Program-made: the position numbers and the translations under genes
Notes under the pieces: generated by a model
Database searches by the model: none
Seen by the model: the letters and a program-made list of their open reading frames with translations, nothing else
What the model was told of the DNA's origin: nothing
Source of the DNA: Vezdaea acicularis
Lineage: Eukaryota
Direction of reading: 5' to 3'
Assembly: GCA_026025075.1 (NCBI GenBank)
Contig: JAPEUI010000024.1
Span: 62,001 to 126,000, forward strand
DNA length: 64,000 nt
Part shown: positions 57,375 through 64,000 of the stretch, piece after piece
Numbering within the stretch: the first letter of the stretch is position 1
Layout of the letters: each line of letters opens with the position of its first letter

Positions 57375-60300
57375 TCACAACTTCTCATCTACGCCTTCAT
57401 TCTCCTTTCCTGCCGGCCGACGATATCCATATCCTAAGAAGGATCTCTTCTTACGAAGCTCCAGTACCTGTTTGCCCACGTTTTGGTCTCTGAGAATCTT
57501 GTCCCGAGGCCTTTTTCTCACTTTCTTGGTTGGGGACTCCGCCTTGCTCCCAATGGATGATGAGCCCGTGTCTGAATCTGACTCGCTACTACTGAAGTCA
57601 CTGATCTCATCGCTTTGATTAAAATACCTAGTGTCTTCTCCGTTTTTGACTTTAGGGACGAAGGGTGGTCGCTGCTTGTGCATCCTGTCCCATTGAATGC
57701 CGCGGAAAAAGGCGTGAGCCTTGATCTCGGCAGCATCGTCAGCAAAAACGTGTTTTCCACGAAAGTCATTGCTTGCTATCTTCTCAGCCGAGACTGGCGA
57801 TAGGCGTCCGTTCTTGCGCTTGGAGACTTGAAAGTCATTGACCGAATATCTCTTGCTTGACAAGCGCCCTTCCTTTTCTTGTAGCAGAGCGTTGATTAAA
57901 TCCATGGTACGATGGCTACCCCTTGGCTGATTTGGGAACTTTAGCGTTGTGCGATGGTGCTAGCACTTATCAGTAAGATCAACTTCGGGAGAGGCTACTT
58001 GATCTTTGCAAACCAGAATTTTCAGTTTTGTTTCCTGTCGACCTTCACAGCAGAAGGGCGTATATCCGTAGATGCACTACTCTCAATTTAGCCTGAAGCT
58101 TCTTGGATTAGAATTGTGTAAGGGTTATTTGAGCTGCATTGTCTATCAATCAGATTATTGCAGTTTACAACTCTTTTGCTTACCTCAAAGAGTATTATGC
58201 CGATGCTCCACCAATCGCATCTACCGTCGTAATGGTCTCCTCGGATCACTTCTGGAGCCATGTATTGGCTGGTGCCTACGACGCTTCTAGCAAGTTTCCT
58301 CCGTCTAGTACGGTTGAGCTTGTCTAAGACGTATTCGTTGGGTTTCTCTTCCTCCTTATAAAGCTTGGCTTTAGGGGTGGGGCTGCTGTTATTCCTTCCG
58401 CTCATTACCGCGGCTAGCTTCTTTGCGGCTGCTAAAGCTTTGGACTCTTCCTGGTCTATCTGGTCGCCTGTTACTTCCAAATCTAGCTCATCAATGAGAC
58501 GATTGCGATGCTCCGTATAATAGGACTGATCATGCGACCAATGCCCGTCAAATGCGAGGCCGAAATCCGATATCTTAAGATGGCCAGACCCAGATATGAG
58601 AAAGTTATCAGGCTTGATATCGCGGTGGATCCATTGCAACTTATGCGCCTCTTCAACGCAAAGTACCATCTCAGCAATGTACCAACGAGTGACGTCCTCA
58701 CTCAAAGTCTGCTTTCGAATTAGAAGGGCCAGAAAGTCTCCACCAAGCATATACTCCATGACGAGATATAGGTTGTTAGAATCCTGAAAACTTGCAACAA
58801 GGGGTACTATCCATCTGCACCCTTCCGAAGCCACGAGAAAGTCTCGTTCCGCCCTTAGATGTCCTTCTTGGCCCGTTCGCAGCATCTCAGCCTTTCGAAT
58901 GACTTTCATGGCGAAGACCTGTCTTTCTTGCGAGCCTAGCGCTTGAGCTGGATGACGATATCTAACAGAATTTGTGGTGTCAACAGGATTGGCAGATTGG
59001 CTGTTTGACCCCGAAGCAGCCGAAGTACCCCTAACTTCGTCAATCACTTTCAATGAAGTCTTTTCATTCGTTTTAGTATCGCAGCTGGTTGGCGCTAAAG
59101 TCTCCAGGTTTCTACGGTCAGGCTCTTCTGCCTCTTTCACAAGTCTTACGACTCCGAAGCTTCCCTTTCCTAGAACCCTCACTACTTCATAGCCCGAGAC
59201 AAATACCGATTCGCCAGCTGGATCGTCTATGCCTTTTGTTTTCATGATACGACAGTTCCGAAGACGTTCACTCTCTTCTCGGAACCAGGCCAATCGCTCA
59301 CGGTTCCGGTCATCTGCGGTCATCGGAGCAGCCCTAATTCTTGCCTCAAGTTTGCGGCGACGGCGAGAACGTGGAGGTGTGGAGAAGACATCATTGAAGT
59401 GAGTTTCGAAGTAGATCTTTGCGTTAGCAGCTACCTCTACTGTCGCGATTGAAGCTAGTATGGCATCCGGAGCAGTCTCTAGAATTGGCGTAAGAGGCTT
59501 TGTGGAGGCTTCTTCGTATATATGAGAAAGACTCATTGATCTTAATAGCCTTGGAAGCTCACTTTTGATCTCATCGCTCTGGATGCGAATGACCGACTTT
59601 TTGGATTGCGAGGAGATGTGCGCAGTAGGTGGGGTAGTTCGCTGCAAGCTCGACCCCCAGGACGTTTTTGCTGTAGTAGGCGAATCGCTCATTGCTGTGC
59701 TACTTTTGCTGTTCCCAGCGATGCTTGATGGATTCGAAGAACCGTTGATCATGCCTCCCTCCCGGATTGACTGCACACTTGGCCGAGACCTGAGATGCGG
59801 CCTGTGGACTACCGTTGGGTGAACGAACACTGTCGACAGCTTGTGAGAAAGCCGATGAGACAGACCGGGAGAGGATCTGCTATGTCGAAGTCGACTAGCA
59901 TCACCCACCTGATAGATTCCAGAGCCGAGGGTGTCGTACGTTTTTGGGGTTTTCTCGAGAGATCCCTCTGGAGTTGGCAATATTCGTATGTCTTGCACTA
60001 CTGTCTTGCCCTTGACTGTGTAGTCAGTTCCCGAGGGAGGTGACTGCCACACAGGAGTTTCTGAGTCACTTGAGGATGTCGGCGTTATCAGCATTGTTGT
60101 TGTTCCATTATCAGTCATCGTCGAGCATGGCTCTTGACTTGGCCCAACCATATGCAGAATAGGGGCTTGCATTTTAAGCGCATGGCTACCTGTGAGTCGA
60201 GCTTTTATAAGTTGTTCTTCATCCTAACATCAGAGCCTTGGACTTACTGCTCCATCGGGACATTCGAAAGATTGACAAGATCCTTGAGCGGCGACTGTGA

Positions 60301-60488
60301 AGTCTTGCCATAGCTATACGCTTTGCACTTGTCTTTCCCATACTGCTCTCTTCAGTCGACGGGTCAGTGACCACTCCACCAGTCTCCGCCGATTCGCTAT
60401 GGTGATTCTGGGCATCATGTACGCTTCGGGCTTTCGGGGAACTTTCTGGGTTGAACAAGCTCCACCTACTCTTCCGTTTGATCCTCAT
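57375..60488 (-). CDS. AGC/NDR-family Ser/Thr protein kinase (Cbk1/Cot-1-related paralog)
   Basis: LGKGSFGVV, FAMKVIRK, HLRAERDFL, HRDIKPDN, ISDFGL, a long activation-segment insert, SVVGTSQYMAPE, CDWWSIG and AGC tail PPFVPKV...DTRYF. First exon 60488..60248 joins in phase, and there are two more 3' introns. Confidence 0.9.
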
Positions 60489-61326
60489 GTCAGCCCCTGT
60501 CTATATAGAAATGTGTTAAGGTATTTATATCAAATGTCTAGCATCAATAACGCATGGCTAAAATGCATAGTTAATGTTGAGAGAGAACTGAATCTTGGGA
60601 AGGCGAAGGGTCTTTAGTGATTTCTAGCTTAGCTTGCCAGAAAGAGAAGGGATTCAATGAGCTGTAAGAATCCTCCACGGCAGGTGCGATTCTGCATTGA
60701 GAAGGAGATCAATGCCATTGGCTTTGCCAGATATGACTTTAGTACGCCTCACTGGTAATCAAATCTCTTTTGTAAAGTTTGTCGCTGGGCTATGGGAGGT
60801 TAGATTAGGCAAGTAGTGCTTGTACTAATTCTGACTGAGTGCTGGTGACCACGACTCTCTGACAAAGCGCGGTGAAAGTACTGCTTCTACCTTGGATAGC
60901 GCTTCTCAGGAGAATAATGCAAGCCTTGACACGAACATCGGCACAAAATCTCACTTGATGTGGAAATGAAACTTTTGATTTTTTTGGTCGTTCTAAAGCT
61001 TTTATTACAAGTCTGACACACCAGCGACATTCCTTCGAGAAGAGGAGAGGAGTAAGCACGAGCCACCACAAGATAGAAGAGTCCTTGACGATACTCATAG
61101 CGTGTAGCATGTAAGGACGAGAAGGGTATGATGTCAGACAATTGAAAGCAAAGAAAACATCGCTCGTAAGGGAGATGCAATTCATACAATCAAATAGAAG
61201 ACACAACCCAGTGAATGTGTGCAAAAAGGCGCGCTCTAAGACAGGAGCTTCTGAATATCTCCATCCGCAGATGCCTTGATGCATAAAACCACAGAAAGTG
61301 GAGACAAAACAAATGGCTTCGAGTCT

Positions 61327-63126
61327 CTAATATGACTTCTTACCCTTCCCTCCAATTTCGAGGAGCTTGACTTCAAATATGAGTTCACTGTTCGCTGGGA
61401 TGCCGGGTTGTGCTTTGTTTCCATAGGCAAGTTTGGCCGGAATCGTGATGCGACGTTCACCACCAACGGCCATGCCCTCAACGCCGATGTCCCAGCCCTT
61501 AATGACTTCACCAAAGCCGAGCTTGAACTTGAAAGGCGTACCGCTCTTGTTGCCTGATGAAGTGGTCAATTAAATCACAATTAGTGCGCTAGATCTAACT
61601 CACTGTCGAATACAGCCCCACTCGTTAGCTTCCCGATGTATCGCATGCTGACACGGTCGCCCTTCTTCGCCGCTGGACCTTTCCCTATCTTCCTATCGTC
61701 GACCTTTACCCCTTGTACCATTTTGATACCCAGGCCATTCTGCTTCGCGGATGTTTCTTTGCTTCCAGGTTCCGTCTTGGTAGATTTCGGCTCTGCCTTG
61801 ATTTCTTTGTTCGTTCCTGTTGGGCCCTGCTCAAGGTTCTTCGCAAATTGAACTTTCTTGTCTGCCTTTGACTGAGGGGAAGCCTTTCCGTTAGAAGTTT
61901 CAACTTTGACTTTCTCCTCGTGTGATACAGGAACCGCTTCCCCAGCTGCATTCTTCAACTTCTTGAGCTGCTTCTTGCTTAACTTCTTCTCCCCATTTGC
62001 CGTCGCTTCAGCAGGCTTAAGTGACTTAGACACGAGCTCATCGAGAGTTGAAGGTTCGTCGCCCGACTCTTCTGCAGCACGCTTATTCTTCCCCTTCTTG
62101 TCTACCTTTTCCTCTTTTGCCTTGGTGATCTTAGGAACGATTTTTTCTTCATCGGTGTCTAGCTCCATAATCCTTGGATCTGCAATATCGTCCAGCTCAT
62201 CACTTTCTTCCGAGTCAATACCTAGCTCTAGCTCATCTTCATCCGGCGAGAGGTCGTACTCATCGGTCTCGTCAGAGTCGTACATGCCATGTCCCTCTCC
62301 AGCTGTGTCTACATAATTCCCCGTAAGATAAATCGTGTAGGCACCTGAAACTTGGAAGAACACTCGCTCCTTAGGTCCAATCGTGATATCTAGTGGTTGC
62401 TGGTAAGCCTTGACGGGCGGTGGCATTAGCAAGGGTCATACAGTTATGATTCGAATGCGTACCTTTTCCGGATCCAACGTGCAGAGCACGTACTTTTCGA
62501 GGTCTAGATCCATTTCATCGGAAGATTCTGATGAGGCCCTCTCTTTGCCTTTCATATCCTTCAGTTTCGTCCCGTTCACACCATTCGTCTCCAAGTCCAA
62601 GGCCTCCTCTTTCTCTTCATCTTTCTCCGACTTGACAAGAGCAGCCTGACGTGCCGTTTGCGCTTTCTTCGGATCGCTGGGTCCACCATTCACCTTCTCA
62701 CCCGCGTCAGAATCCGATTCAGAATCACTCCCCATACCAGAGCCACCCATAATGGCCTTGAGATATTCGTCCTCGTCCATATCTTCATCATCACTGTCTT
62801 CGTCGAACTCCTGATCCTGACGAAGAAGTTTCAGAGTAGCTCGGGGCGGTGCAGCCATCCCATCAGAGTCACCTAGGACGGGTGGTGCGCTAGGATCAAT
62901 TGCAGCCATTGTGATGCGAAACTGTAGGAGCGGTGTGAGCGAACAAATGACAGTTGACGTGGGAACAGAGCAAGTTGACGAGAAAGGCCACTGAAACTGC
63001 CCGGAAGACGGCACCGACAAACAGATAAGATTTTAGACTTACTCCAGCTCCAGTAAACTCCTCAGCAGCTTCGACGATGACATCGCCTGCTGGTACCTCG
63101 AGGGCATAAACAGCGAGGGCCGACAT
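61327..63126 (-). CDS. FPR4: Nucleolar FK506-binding protein (nucleoplasmin-like domain plus FKBP PPIase; Fpr3/Fpr4 type)
   Basis: [44 protein letters not shown]...IYLTGNY, acidic and Lys-rich tracts. FKBP domain VSMRYIGKL...FD/...[36 protein letters not shown]...[14 protein letters not shown]. Confidence 0.93.
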
Positions 63127-63664
63127 GGTGACAGAATTGCTTCAGGCAGGGAAGTAGCAGCTTCTCGTGTAGATTTGTTGGGTAAGACAAGGAGACAGAG
63201 GTTCAAGCCTACTTAGCCTTTGTTAGACATAAGATTTCTAACTCTAAGCATTAACTTGAGGGTAAAAGATTGTTTGAACGATCGTGGGTTAAGAGAGATT
63301 TGCTTCGGTCGAAACTTTTTTAGCGAGAGAAGTTTATCTGCGTGTATCGCTGCCGCCAAGACGTGTGGCTCGCGTGGAGGTGCGCGTGGCTTTAACGACC
63401 TCGGGATGACCTGACCTTGGGACGTTTTTCCTCGCGCGAGGCACCTAGGTAATCTACGGTTTGATGTCAGAATGAAGTCGATAGTATCGACGCAAAACCT
63501 CGGAGCTCACCGCCAGCTATAAAAGCTGAGAAAAGGGAATTCACGTGTGATCGACGAGAACAGTGGTCAGGTATAGACTAATATTATTTGTTTCTAAGAT
63601 AGTTTGAGCACATGCGTGCCTCTCGCCTTTTGATTTTCCTCCGCTACGATCCATCTCGAAGCGT

Positions 63665-64000
63665 TCAGATGTCATTGTTCTTTAGGAAGCCCAAGATAAG
63701 GTGCCCAATCTCTTCGGTGTTAGTATCCTCAACGAAGTGCCCTGCATCCAATAAATGTACCTGCGCCTTGGGCAGGTCCCTCTTGTATGCCTCTGCACCA
63801 GGTGGAACGAAGATGACATCGTGCTTTCCCCAAGCCACTAGTATGGGCACCTGACTATGCCTGAGATACTCTTGGAATTTCGGATACAGATCTACGTTAT
63901 ATTGATAATCATAGAACAGGTCGAGTTGGATCTCTTTGTTTCCCGGACGGCCTAACAGCGCATAGTCTAAGGTGTATGACTCGGGGGCAACGCTATCGGC
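63665..64000 (-). CDS. Alpha/beta-fold hydrolase (epoxide hydrolase/dehalogenase-like), 3' part
   Basis: Frame is open to the window end: YTLDYALLGRPGNKEIQLDLFYDY...YPKFQEYLR...PILVAWGKHDVIF...LLDAGHF (catalytic His motif GHF). Confidence 0.85.
   Translation of the reverse strand, partial: ADSVAPESYTLDYALLGRPGNKEIQLDLFYDYQYNVDLYPKFQEYLRHSQVPILVAWGKHDVIFVPPGAEAYKRDLPKAQVHLLDAGHFVEDTNTEEIGHLILGFLKNNDI

Noticed and set aside
57375..57390. Peroxisomal targeting signal on the kinase (ends DEKL), or read-through PTS1 extensions on other genes
   Set aside because: EKL is not a canonical PTS1, and no TGA-CTA read-through context followed by an SKL-type end was seen at the stops inspected.

Overview
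Gene-dense eukaryotic DNA from a filamentous ascomycete (Pezizomycotina-type GT-AG introns with CTRAC/CTAAT branch points). About 23 mostly intron-containing genes can be reconstructed. In order: GRH1 (5' end), a small membrane protein, OCT1/MIP, MIC26-like, Hep59/C9orf78-like, a Cys-rich secreted protein, a Zn2Cys6 transcription factor, a WLM/Wss1-like protease, SGS1, a long low-complexity orphan, MON1, DOP1, a CYP52-clan P450, NAB2, a WSC-domain GPI protein, TYS1, adenylate cyclase CYR1, a GH16 Crh transglycosylase, SRC1/HEH1, an NDR-family kinase, a nucleolar FKBP and a partial alpha/beta hydrolase. Between DOP1 and the P450 lies a decayed accessory patch (about 32.3-35.0 kb) with a 14-bp minisatellite, fragmented ORFs, a (TA)n tract and an 18-bp hairpin. 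The best candidate for undescribed biology is a canonical 74-nt, stop-free intron in the Crh gene that would switch the protein between two C-termini encoded in overlapping frames. No rRNA, tRNA, CRISPR array or intact transposon was recognised. All family calls rest on motif recognition by eye; no searches were run.
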